64,000 bases of DNA from Spirochaetaceae bacterium. Its GTDB lineage: Bacteria > Spirochaetota > Spirochaetia > DSM-27196 > SLAA01. Below, one piece after another: positions 27,172 through 36,680 of this stretch. Within the stretch, counting starts at the first letter, position 1. Every line of letters starts with the position of its first letter. Location: positions 21,023 through 85,022 of the forward strand of contig PWQX01000086.1 of NCBI GenBank assembly GCA_003556605.1. Reading direction: 5' to 3'. The position numbers and the translations under genes are program-made. Under the pieces are notes generated by a model that had not been told where the DNA came from, did not search any database, and saw only the letters and a program-made list of their open reading frames with translations.

Positions 27172-28440
27172 ATGTATTGCTATCTCACGCGAGAGTTCCT
27201 ACTTGCGTTCGCTGTAGCGTTCCTTTTCTTCTTCGTTATTTTCTTCGTAAATCAACTCCTTCTTCTCGCGGAAGACATTCTTACGAAAAGCGTGCCGCTC
27301 GGCGATGTTGCGCGCTTAGTGCTGTACTCGCTTCCGTCGATAATTGCCCTCGCATTTCCCTTCGGCGCTCTCGTAGGCGCGCTGCTGAGCGTTGGCCGGC
27401 TTTCGCAAGACAATGAGTTCTTGGCGATACGCGCAGCCGGTATTTCATTGGTACGCATGTTTATCCCGTTCGCGGTGCTTGGGCTTGCGTTCTCCTCAGT
27501 CTCGTTCGTCATGAACGACTACTTTTTGCCGGTAGGCACCATAAACTTCGCGCGCTTATACCGGGAACTGTTGTACTCAAACCCCGACCTTGAGCTGGAG
27601 TCCAACAGCGTCACTGAGTACCAAGACAGCATCATTGTCACCGGCGAGGTTGAAGGCAATCGTATCAGCAACCTCGTTATTGTCGACCGTGACGGCGACA
27701 CCGACCGTCTGATTCTCTCACGTTTTGCGCGTCTGCGCCCCGAGACACACGGTGCCGGAGTGATATCGCTGGAGCTTGAGCGGGTCACAACTCACGAGGC
27801 GCAGCGAACCGAGCGTTTGAGCTACCAATACGCTCGCTCGGAACGAATGGTCTATCACATCCTGCTCGGCGACATAACGCTTGCAATGCACTCGCCCGGT
27901 CCTCGCGAAATGAGCTCCTACGACCTGGCGCAAGAGATTATGGAGAAGCGCCGCAAACTCGACGCACAGCGTGAGAGCCATCACGAGTCGCTGCGAGAGC
28001 TCGAGCGGCGCGCCGAGCAGCAACGCGCCGAGCGTGACAGGGCTTTGGAGCGTGACGATGCTGCCGCGCAGGCTGAGGAAGCCGAGCTCGTGCTGCAACG
28101 CACACAGCGCGAGCTGGAGCGTGACCGCGAGCGAACCTTCTTTGACCGGACGCTTCAGCTGTATAAGATTGAGTTTCACAAGAAGTTTGCGATTCCGTTC
28201 GCGTGTGTCGCTTTCGTCATTTTTGCCTTTCCGGTAGGTATTGTCGGTGGTAGGCACGGGCGGTCAATCGGGTTCGGAATCGGGCTTTTTATCGCGGTGT
28301 TGTATTGGGCACTGATTCTCGGCGGACAGACCGTTGGGATGGAGCCACCGTACGTCTCACCGGTGCTGGCGATGTGGTTTCCAAACCTCTTGGTAGGCGG
28401 AATTGGCGTTGTGTTATTCGCTGCCGTCGTGCGGAGATAG
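27172..28440 (+). CDS. LptF/LptG (YjgP/YjgQ) family permease with a charged helical insertion
   Basis: N-terminus YLTREFLLAFAVAFLFF, multiple TM helices, and FHKKFAIPFACVAFVIFAFPVG before the C-terminal TM bundle. The upstream-extended ORF (27061) overlaps dut and was trimmed. TTG 27136 is an alternative start. Confidence 0.8.
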   Translation: MYCYLTREFLLAFAVAFLFFFVIFFVNQLLLLAEDILTKSVPLGDVARLVLYSLPSIIALAFPFGALVGALLSVGRLSQDNEFLAIRAAGISLVRMFIPFAVLGLAFSSVSFVMNDYFLPVGTINFARLYRELLYSNPDLELESNSVTEYQDSIIVTGEVEGNRISNLVIVDRDGDTDRLILSRFARLRPETHGAGVISLELERVTTHEAQRTERLSYQYARSERMVYHILLGDITLAMHSPGPREMSSYDLAQEIMEKRRKLDAQRESHHESLRELERRAEQQRAERDRALERDDAAAQAEEAELVLQRTQRELERDRERTFFDRTLQLYKIEFHKKFAIPFACVAFVIFAFPVGIVGGRHGRSIGFGIGLFIAVLYWALILGGQTVGMEPPYVSPVLAMWFPNLLVGGIGVVLFAAVVRR

Positions 28441-28448
28441 CTTGTATT

Positions 28449-29531
28449 ATGGTGGTTACGCTCGACCGGTTCATCCTCAAACAACTCGTTGCGAGCTTAC
28501 TGGTGAGTCTCAGCTTTTTCGTGCTGTTGCTGCACGTCATTGAGCTTTTCGCGAATATTGGTCGCTACCTCTCGCTTGAAATTGAGATGCGCGAGGTCCT
28601 GCGGGTCCAGCTTTTGTATATTCCAAAGTCGGTGTCACTTTCGTTGCCGTTGGGGATGTTGTTCTCGGTAAGCTACACACTCGGCATGATGTATAGCCGC
28701 AACGAACTAATCTCGGTGTTTGCCGGCGGCATGCCGCTACGGCGCTTTGTGACGCCCGTGGTGGTCACTGGAGCGCTAATGAGCGCCGTGGGTTTCTGGT
28801 TCGAGGAAGCGGTGGTGATTGAGTCCTACCGGCAGAAAAACGCGTTGCAACGAGAGCTTTTGCAGGCGCACCGCGACTTCAGCAACCCCGATGTCGCGGT
28901 CTTGGGTGACGCTAACCGCATTGTCTACATCGCCGATTTCTACGACGCCGACCGCCGGACGCTGTCACGGGTACTCGTGGCGGTGCGCAACACTGACGGT
29001 GAGTTGCTGGAACGGATCGACGCCGGGTCGGCGCGCTGGAACGGAAGTGCTTGGGAGTTCCAGAACGTCCGCCGATACACCCGCACCGTCGGCGATGAGC
29101 GGTTTGAGCGTCAAGACCTAAACACTTACACCGACTCGCGCTTTGACACCGAACCCAACGTGTTTGCGCGCTTAACGCGTGAGATCGCCGAGATGCCGCT
29201 GGAGCAAGCGCACGCTTGGGTAGAGTCTTTACGCGCGGCGGGGTTACCGCATCGCCGTCAGTTAAGCGAGGTCTACGAGCGCTACGCGTTTGCCACTACA
29301 CCTCTACTCATGGCGTTGTTTGCCACCGGTGTAGGCTCGCGACTGAAAAAAAACGTGCTGCTCGGCAGTTTGCTTACGTCGGTTTCGCTTGCGGTAGTCT
29401 ACTACGTCGCCCGCATGGTCTTGAATCTACTGGCGGTTTCCGGTAGCGTTGAGCCGCTGTTCGGGGCGTGGGCGCCTGTCGGGGTGTTTCTTACGCTCGG
29501 TATTGCGCTGTTCCAACACGCGCGAACATGA
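28449..29531 (+). CDS. LptF/LptG (YjgP/YjgQ) family permease
   Basis: N-terminus LDRFILKQLVASLLVSLSFFVLLL, six-TM architecture with a central soluble domain. Adjacent paralogue. The ORF was trimmed from 28305 to ATG 28449. Confidence 0.8.
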   Translation: MVVTLDRFILKQLVASLLVSLSFFVLLLHVIELFANIGRYLSLEIEMREVLRVQLLYIPKSVSLSLPLGMLFSVSYTLGMMYSRNELISVFAGGMPLRRFVTPVVVTGALMSAVGFWFEEAVVIESYRQKNALQRELLQAHRDFSNPDVAVLGDANRIVYIADFYDADRRTLSRVLVAVRNTDGELLERIDAGSARWNGSAWEFQNVRRYTRTVGDERFERQDLNTYTDSRFDTEPNVFARLTREIAEMPLEQAHAWVESLRAAGLPHRRQLSEVYERYAFATTPLLMALFATGVGSRLKKNVLLGSLLTSVSLAVVYYVARMVLNLLAVSGSVEPLFGAWAPVGVFLTLGIALFQHART

Positions 29532-29574
29532 GCATGTACTGCGTCATAAGTCGATCAAAGAGTGAGCAACACCG

Positions 29575-30729
29575 GTGTTTAGCATTCATCATCAAGACCG
29601 CCGTTGCAGCGCTCGCACCGGTGAGCTGCGCCTACCGCACGGCCCGGTGACTACACCGGCGTTTATGCCGGTAGGGACCGCCGGTTCGGTCAAAGGGCTG
29701 GAGCCTGAACAGGTTGCCGCCTTGGGTTTTCGCCTCATCCTCGCGAATACCTACCACCTTTATCTGCGGCCGGGTATGACGGTGCTGGCGGAGCTCGGTG
29801 GGCTGCATAGCTTTACCGGTTGGCGCCACAACATCTTGACCGATTCGGGCGGATTTCAGGTCTATTCACTTTCGCGACTGCGCAGGATGCACGCCGACGG
29901 TGTGGAGTTCCAATCGCACATCGACGGATCACGGCACCTGCTCACGCCGGAAAAGGTCGTTCAGATTCAGCGGGTGTTCGGCAGTGATATCCAGATGGCG
30001 CTTGATTACTGCACCGGCTTCGAGATCACCCGTCGAGAAGCTGAGAATGCGCTAAAGATTACCACGGAGTGGGCGCGACGGGCCGCAGCCGCCTGGCGGG
30101 CGATAGAGGGTGGGTATCAGGGTGTATTGTTCCCGATAGTGCAGGGCAACTTCCATCATGACCTGCGGCGCCAAAGCGTGGCCGAGATTACCGCGCTCGA
30201 TCTGCCCGGTATAGCAATCGGGGGGCTGTCGGTAGGAGAACCGTTCGCGGTTTACGAGGAGTTCGTAGCGGCTACTGCTGAACAGCTGCCGACCACGCGA
30301 CCGCGTTACGTTATGGGGATCGGGACCGCCGAGTACGTGCTCACCGCAATTGAGCACGGAATAGACCTATTCGACTGCGTTTTCCCCACCCGCGCCGGCC
30401 GCAACGGCTTAGCATTCACCGCTCACGGCCGCGTGGTGCTGAAACACGCCGCGCACCTGAGCGCGCAGGAGCCGATTGAGCAGGACTGCGATTGCGACAC
30501 CTGCCGCCGGTATTCGCGGGCGTACCTGCGGCATCTGTTCAAAGCCGGCGAATTGCTGGGGCCGGTTCTCGTCAGTCGGCACAACCTTCGGTTTATGAGC
30601 CGTCTGGTTGAACACGCGCGTGCCGCGATCGAAGCCGACCGCTTTCTTGCGTTCAAGCACGAGTTTCTCACCGCCCATAAAACAGGTCTTGCGTCACAGC
30701 CTGACGCACCGGATGAGGTGCAGCCGTGA
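29575..30729 (+). CDS. tgt: queuine tRNA-ribosyltransferase
   Basis: TPAFMPVGT, LTDSGGFQ, and the zinc site CDCDTCRRYSRAYLRHL. 384 aa. Confidence 0.95.
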   Translation: MFSIHHQDRRCSARTGELRLPHGPVTTPAFMPVGTAGSVKGLEPEQVAALGFRLILANTYHLYLRPGMTVLAELGGLHSFTGWRHNILTDSGGFQVYSLSRLRRMHADGVEFQSHIDGSRHLLTPEKVVQIQRVFGSDIQMALDYCTGFEITRREAENALKITTEWARRAAAAWRAIEGGYQGVLFPIVQGNFHHDLRRQSVAEITALDLPGIAIGGLSVGEPFAVYEEFVAATAEQLPTTRPRYVMGIGTAEYVLTAIEHGIDLFDCVFPTRAGRNGLAFTAHGRVVLKHAAHLSAQEPIEQDCDCDTCRRYSRAYLRHLFKAGELLGPVLVSRHNLRFMSRLVEHARAAIEADRFLAFKHEFLTAHKTGLASQPDAPDEVQP

Positions 30730-32324
30730 GCAACGAACCCCCGGAGGTCGGCCGAACCGCGCACGCCTCCCAGCCCTCACTGCGAAGCAGCACCGTCTCG
30801 ACGTTAGTGGTCATGGTCTCCACCTTTGTGTCGCGGCTGCTGGGGTTCTTGCGCATCGCGGTGATCGGTGCGGTGTTCGGCGCCTCGGGAAACGCCGATG
30901 TCTTGAACCTAGTGTTCAATATTCCTAACAACCTAAGAAAACTTCTCGCCGAGGGCGCGTTGTCTTCGGCGTTTATTCCGGTCTTATCGCGAGAAATCGT
31001 GCGTGACCCCGCCGGCGCAAAACCACAGCTCGTAGTCCGCAACATCTTGGCGCTACAGTTTGTGATTCTGGTTCCGTTGCTTATTCTGTCGGTGGTTTTT
31101 GCAAATCCTATCATCAACACGATCCTGGACTTTCCTGAGCCTGAGCGCCAGGCGCTCGCCGCCGATTTGTTCCAGTATTTGATCAACTACTTGCTGCTGA
31201 TCAGCATTAGTGCGGTGCTGGTGGGCACGCTGAACGCGCACAACCGTTTTCTCGTGCCGGCGGTAACTCCGTTATTCTTCTCAATTGCGGTTATCGTGTC
31301 GATTCTTACGCTGCATCGCCAACTCGGGGTGTTCTCAATGGCAGTAGGAGTGCTTGTCGGCGGGGTATTGCAGGTTGCGTTTCAGGCACCCTTGTTCCTG
31401 CGTTTAGGCTACGGTTTTCGCCTTTCATTTCGGTTCGATAGCCCGGAGTTCCGCCAAATCATGCGACAGTGGCTACCGGTGGTGGCTACGGCTTCAATTT
31501 TCACCATCAATCAACAGGTGTCGCTCTTTTTCGCAAGCGGTTTGGAGGACGGTAGCGGTTCGGCGATGACCAACGCGTTGACGTTCTGGCAACTGCCCTT
31601 CGGCATCTTCAGCGCCTCTATTACTACGGTTTTGTTCCCCCGCATGAGTCGCGAGCACGCACAGGACGATATAGACGGGCTGCGTCGATCGGTTGAATAC
31701 GGATTACGATATCTCTTCGCCCTGTTGATACCGGCGGCGCTGGTCTTGGGACTACTTGGGCGCGAGATCATCGCTGTGGCGTTACAGCGCGGGGCGTTTG
31801 AGGTACAGTACACCCAGTTGGCTGCACGCGTGCTCGGCGGATTCAGTATCGGCCTGTTCAGCGTGGCGGCATTTACCTTTCTGCAACGCTTTTTTTATGC
31901 CTGTGGAGACTATAAGACGCCGCTTCGTGTGGCGATAATAACCTTAGTCGTGGATGTAGCGCTTGCGCTTTGGCTAAAGGAGACCTGGCTGCGTGTGGTG
32001 GGCCTTTCCATCGCAAACTCAGCGGCGTTTACCCTCGGTGCGCTCTTGTTGTTTCGGGGTGCCTACCGGGATCTGAACGGCATGGCGCTGCGTGCATTCG
32101 CAGTGACGGTGCTCAAGGTGAGTGTGACGGGAATACCTCTCACCGCGTTCATCTTGGCCTTTCTTGCCTACAGCGGCGATTGGTGGGTCCACGGGAGCAC
32201 GCTCGGAAACCTCGCTCGGCTGGCCGCAGTCGGATTCCCTAGCGTTCTCATCGTGGTCTTGATGTACATTCTGTTGCGAGTGGAGTTCGTACGCACCATT
32301 GTGTCGAGGAGAAGGAAGCCGTGA
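30726..32324 (+). CDS. murJ: lipid II flippase MurJ (MviN family)
   Basis: 532 aa, about 14 TM helices. N-terminal SRLLGFLRIAVIGAVFGASGNADV...LRKLLAEGALSSAFIPV, typical of MurJ. Confidence 0.9.
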   Translation: MSNEPPEVGRTAHASQPSLRSSTVSTLVVMVSTFVSRLLGFLRIAVIGAVFGASGNADVLNLVFNIPNNLRKLLAEGALSSAFIPVLSREIVRDPAGAKPQLVVRNILALQFVILVPLLILSVVFANPIINTILDFPEPERQALAADLFQYLINYLLLISISAVLVGTLNAHNRFLVPAVTPLFFSIAVIVSILTLHRQLGVFSMAVGVLVGGVLQVAFQAPLFLRLGYGFRLSFRFDSPEFRQIMRQWLPVVATASIFTINQQVSLFFASGLEDGSGSAMTNALTFWQLPFGIFSASITTVLFPRMSREHAQDDIDGLRRSVEYGLRYLFALLIPAALVLGLLGREIIAVALQRGAFEVQYTQLAARVLGGFSIGLFSVAAFTFLQRFFYACGDYKTPLRVAIITLVVDVALALWLKETWLRVVGLSIANSAAFTLGALLLFRGAYRDLNGMALRAFAVTVLKVSVTGIPLTAFILAFLAYSGDWWVHGSTLGNLARLAAVGFPSVLIVVLMYILLRVEFVRTIVSRRRKP

Positions 32325-33904
32325 GATCGATAACGGTAATGCTGGTGCTGATACTGATAGCGCTCACGAACGCGGCCGGCGATGCCTACGCCGAGAGTCC
32401 CTGGGGGGACGCCGCCTGGGAGGAGTTGGGCCCGAGAGAGGCGACCTCTGACGGCGTGCGGGCCGGCGAGTCCGGCCCGGCGGATGATAAGGCTCCAAGG
32501 AGCGAAGTCCGTAGTGATTGGGAAGAAGACTTGCCGGGGGGAAACGACCCGGATGCGCAGGATTTAGCACCGGTACCTGAAACCGAGACCGAAGCCGTCG
32601 ACCAGCCTGTCGACGCAGATGAGGAAGCGGATCCGCGGATCGCCGACTGGCGTGCGAGCCTGCTCTATGGAATAGACGATCTCGTGTTGGAAGCGCTGTC
32701 GGAGATGATCTCAAACCAGCAATCCGGACTGGGGCCGGAGACCCTGGAGGTGCTGTCCGCGACACGCAACAACGAGGTGCGCGCGCAAGCGCTTCAGTAT
32801 CTACGCACCATTGAAGACGCGGGTGCAGCCGCTATTGCGCTTGCACTGCTGCAGAACGGTCCCGACGGTGAGGTAATGCGCGCGGCCATTCGCTATCTTC
32901 GCGATGTGGAGCCGAACGAGCCTGAGCACTCGGCGCAACGGGCTCAGGTGATGTTCGAACTGATACCCGACAGCTCGCTGCGCACCGCGCAGGTCGCCGT
33001 GCGGGCAATTGGGGGCTTCGGCGGCACCGAAGAGGCGCGCTTGCTCGCTGAGTTATTCAACGAGCTGCCTTCCGATTCGCAGCAGCTCCAAGGCGAGATT
33101 CTGCTCGCGATTGGAGACATCGCAAGTGAAGACGCGGTACCGTTCCTAATTCAAGTCTTGCAAGACCCAATCTACGGCAGTGTTCTGCGCCGGTACGCGG
33201 CCGACGGTTTGGGGCGTACCGGAGACGAGCGGGCGCTGCCGGCGCTCCGGGAGGCGGCCGAGTCTGAAGACTCCTCCTTGAAAGCATACGCGGTTGGGGG
33301 GCTTGCACGGTTTGAAGATGCGGCGTCGGTTGAGACGTTGCGGCGGGCGATGCGCGATTCCAATCCGTTGGTACGGCGCTTTGCGATCGAGGGACTCGGT
33401 CGCAATCGCGAGACGGACGCGGTCCCGGCGCTGATCTTTCAAGTCCGCCGTGATCCGGACTTGCAGGTACGCTTTGCGGCAACGGGAGCGCTCGCACAGA
33501 TCGGCAACGATGAAGCAGTTTCGTTTCTGCACGAGCAGTATCGTATAAGCGCTACTCCGGTGGAACTGCGTAACAGGATCGCCGGCACCTTGATTGAGCA
33601 CCACTTCGAACGCTCCAGCGATCTCTTTCACGAGGTCATGGATGAAGAGTGGCCACGGAATGATTCGCGCGTGCTCCAACACCTTGCACGTACACTATCG
33701 GAGACAGAAACAGACGCGGCAGCGGAGTTCTACAAGCGGCTGCTTGAGCATCCCAGCTTCGTGATTCAAATCTACGCAGTACGCGGCATTCATCACAACC
33801 GCCTATCAGCGTTTCGCGACGCGCTCGAGACGCGCGCTCGAGACCACAACCACCCGGCGCTCAGGCGCGAAGCGAAAGCTGCATTAGCAGACCTTGGGCT
33901 GTGA
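32321..33904 (+). CDS. secreted HEAT-repeat protein
   Basis: Signal peptide (MLVLILIALTNAAGDAYA), an acidic linker, then repeated HEAT-like units (xxVRxxAxxALGxxGxxxAvpxL). GTGA overlap with murJ. Confidence 0.7.
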   Translation: MRSITVMLVLILIALTNAAGDAYAESPWGDAAWEELGPREATSDGVRAGESGPADDKAPRSEVRSDWEEDLPGGNDPDAQDLAPVPETETEAVDQPVDADEEADPRIADWRASLLYGIDDLVLEALSEMISNQQSGLGPETLEVLSATRNNEVRAQALQYLRTIEDAGAAAIALALLQNGPDGEVMRAAIRYLRDVEPNEPEHSAQRAQVMFELIPDSSLRTAQVAVRAIGGFGGTEEARLLAELFNELPSDSQQLQGEILLAIGDIASEDAVPFLIQVLQDPIYGSVLRRYAADGLGRTGDERALPALREAAESEDSSLKAYAVGGLARFEDAASVETLRRAMRDSNPLVRRFAIEGLGRNRETDAVPALIFQVRRDPDLQVRFAATGALAQIGNDEAVSFLHEQYRISATPVELRNRIAGTLIEHHFERSSDLFHEVMDEEWPRNDSRVLQHLARTLSETETDAAAEFYKRLLEHPSFVIQIYAVRGIHHNRLSAFRDALETRARDHNHPALRREAKAALADLGL

Positions 33905-33958
33905 AGCCGGTCTTAAACGTTCTCGAGAGCGGAGCGTGGGTCTTCGCAACCCGGCGGG

Positions 33959-36661
33959 TTAGAACTCGGCGGGCTCTACGGCCTCCACCACGTAATCGTA
34001 TTCACGCTCGTTGATCTCAAATTTTAGGTGATCGCCGGGAGCTCGATTATAGAGCTTGCTTCCGAGCGGCGAGAGATACGAGATAACCGAGTTCTCCGGG
34101 TCAGACTCCCACGGGCCGAGGATGGTATAAGTTTCGGCCGCGCCGGTGCGGTTGTTCTGCAACTGCACCCGCGTGCCGAACGATACCGTCTCGGTCTTCA
34201 CCTCGTCGGGGCGCATGACCTCGGCGGTCTCAAGCTCTTCCTTGAGGCGCGCCGCGGTGGAGTTCAGAAAATCCTGACGCTCTTTGGCCGCCTTGTATTC
34301 GGCGTTTTCCTTCAGGTCACCGAGTCCCAACGCTGCGTTGATTTCTTTCGAGTTCTCAGGGACCTCAACCTCCTGAATGCGTTGTAGTTGTTTCTGCTTG
34401 TTTTCAAATGAGCGCGGGGTGGTAATAAACCCACGGCTGACGGTCTCCGCCTCTTGTTCGCCGTAAAACTTGAACTTCGGGAAACGATCAAGGATCTGCT
34501 GCTTGAGCTCAATACGAATAGAGGGATCTAGATCTTTAACGTCGCTGATAAGGGTGTAAATCCTCGTGATTGACATCTCTTCCGCATCGGCAATGAACTG
34601 CGACACGTTGCGGTCTTTGAACAAGAAGCCGTGAATCTGTCGATTGAGCTTGCGGTTGTACGTGGTATCACGCTTGTTGTCGATGTCACGATAGGTGATG
34701 TCCAGCAGGTGGATCATACTGATCAAAACCTTCTCAAACGGCATCTCCAGTTCTTGGAACCACTTGTCTTGATAGCAGTTGCGAACCAGCCAGATATACG
34801 GTTCACGTTGGTCGCGGTAGTTGGAGTGCAGCCGGTGAAACAGCTCCTGCAGCTTGTCGGTGCGTTCGGCACGTTCGAGCTCGGTGATGATTTCGCGGGT
34901 GAGGGCGTAGGGAAACAGCTGCACGAAGCGATCCGGCCAGTCGGAGACCTGCCGGCGCAGGTGCTGCAGAAACTCTTTGCGCAAATCGGCGTTTTCAATC
35001 CACCGGAACACCTCTTCCAAATCCGAGATTTGCTCATAGTGCGGCAAGAACTCGAGGTCGAGGTCCCCCGGATGTAAGAAGGGGTAGCGCGCTATGATAC
35101 GACGAACGAGCAGAAGACTCGAGATCGTATACTCGTTGACTGTCGTGACGTTGCGTAAAGACCCCACGAAGTAATCGAACATCTCGCGGAAGAATTGACT
35201 GTCGGTCCCCTCGATGCCGCCATCTTCGATGTAGTCGAGAAACTCATCGATCGTCTTGACGCGGTCAAAGAAATTCTTTTCGGCTTTAAACTTGTTGAAC
35301 GTCTTTTCCTCAAAGGTGATCGGCTGTTCTCGCACCATATAGTGGTCGAGCTTGTCAGTGAGATTACCGAACTCCTGGTTGGTCTTGAGCTCGTTGCGCG
35401 CCTTCGCGCTCCATGCGGTCCATTCGTTGGGGGTGAGAATCGACGGAACCAGCTCGGCCTTGATCCGCTTGATATCGGCCGCATTGCCGCAGCTCTTGAC
35501 CACGGTGCGTAACGCCCACACTACGTCGCCTTTTACTTTCTTGCGGAGTTTCTCCTTCTTCCAAATGCTTTTCAGAACCCACAGATGGTTTCTCTCGAGA
35601 ATATCGAGCGAGCTCACCGCCATCTTCAGCGACATGGTGTGTCCGCGTCTACGCGCAAAATCGACAACGACAGAGTCGTCGTCAATTGAGCGGATAATCC
35701 CAACACCCCAAGCGCGATGATGCACGAAGTTCCCCGCGTCGAACGAGATGTGCTTCTCAAAGTCGGCTATGGCGTCATGGATATTGCGCCAGGTCTGATT
35801 GAGGTTCGAGAGCTTAATATACTCCTCGAGGTGGCTGTGATCCGCATACTTGGCACGGTAGCACTCCACAATTTCGTTACGGGCGAACGCGTTTTTCGGT
35901 TCGTAATGGAGAATACGCTTCAACAGCTCAATCGCGGTGTCCCAGCGTTGATTGTTCTTGAAGTAGGGATAGAGCTCTTCCAGCAGTTGCGAAGCGCGTT
36001 CCGGACTGATGCTCTTTGCAATCTTGCTTTCGGCGTGGTAGAAGAACTCGGTCTCCTCGGGAGCATACTGAATAAGTTTGTGCCACACCTCGCGCAAGTT
36101 GTTAAACGCCTTCTTGTTGATATAACGGTGCAGGGCCTTCTTGTAATAGTCGACTGCCTCCTCAAGCTCACCGAATTCTTCCTTGCGCTCAGCGAGGCGC
36201 CGGACAATGTCAGCTTCATCGAAATCAACGCGAATCAACCGCTCCCAGACGGCATACATATTGTCGAGTTGATTCTCGTTGTTGTAACAATCGGCGAGCG
36301 TTCGCAGTGCGGCCTTGTTTTCGCCGAACTCAAGAATCCGGTTCGCCAGGTACGCGACGATGTTCCATTTGTGGTTGTCGGCGAATATATTGATCAGTGC
36401 CACCAAGTTAGTGTCGTTAACCGTCTGCCGGGAGATGTGTAGGACTCCGGAGATGTAAAGCGCGATGATGCTGTTCTTCGTGTGCTGCAGATGTTCCTCG
36501 CACTCGGCCAAGACGTCGTCTTGGCGACCTTCTGCGAAAACCTGCTCGAGTACATTGTCGAGTTCTTTGAAGTTGTTGACGGTATAGTTGTTCAGCGTTG
36601 CTCTCGTCCATTTCTCTTCATTCAGCAGCCCGCTGATATCGGTTAGAGCCTGCTCAGCCAT
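33959..36661 (-). CDS. greA: long-form transcription elongation factor GreA (spirochaete type, ~740-aa N-terminal extension)
   Basis: The C-terminal ~150 aa are GreA-like (LKENAEYKAAKERQDFL...VSFGTRVQL...TYTILGPWESDP...ISYLSPLGSKL). The total of 900 aa matches the ~900-aa GreA I recall from Borrelia. Confidence 0.85.
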   Translation of the reverse strand: MAEQALTDISGLLNEEKWTRATLNNYTVNNFKELDNVLEQVFAEGRQDDVLAECEEHLQHTKNSIIALYISGVLHISRQTVNDTNLVALINIFADNHKWNIVAYLANRILEFGENKAALRTLADCYNNENQLDNMYAVWERLIRVDFDEADIVRRLAERKEEFGELEEAVDYYKKALHRYINKKAFNNLREVWHKLIQYAPEETEFFYHAESKIAKSISPERASQLLEELYPYFKNNQRWDTAIELLKRILHYEPKNAFARNEIVECYRAKYADHSHLEEYIKLSNLNQTWRNIHDAIADFEKHISFDAGNFVHHRAWGVGIIRSIDDDSVVVDFARRRGHTMSLKMAVSSLDILERNHLWVLKSIWKKEKLRKKVKGDVVWALRTVVKSCGNAADIKRIKAELVPSILTPNEWTAWSAKARNELKTNQEFGNLTDKLDHYMVREQPITFEEKTFNKFKAEKNFFDRVKTIDEFLDYIEDGGIEGTDSQFFREMFDYFVGSLRNVTTVNEYTISSLLLVRRIIARYPFLHPGDLDLEFLPHYEQISDLEEVFRWIENADLRKEFLQHLRRQVSDWPDRFVQLFPYALTREIITELERAERTDKLQELFHRLHSNYRDQREPYIWLVRNCYQDKWFQELEMPFEKVLISMIHLLDITYRDIDNKRDTTYNRKLNRQIHGFLFKDRNVSQFIADAEEMSITRIYTLISDVKDLDPSIRIELKQQILDRFPKFKFYGEQEAETVSRGFITTPRSFENKQKQLQRIQEVEVPENSKEINAALGLGDLKENAEYKAAKERQDFLNSTAARLKEELETAEVMRPDEVKTETVSFGTRVQLQNNRTGAAETYTILGPWESDPENSVISYLSPLGSKLYNRAPGDHLKFEINEREYDYVVEAVEPAEF

Positions 36662-36680
36662 GTTTGTACACTCCCCCCAC

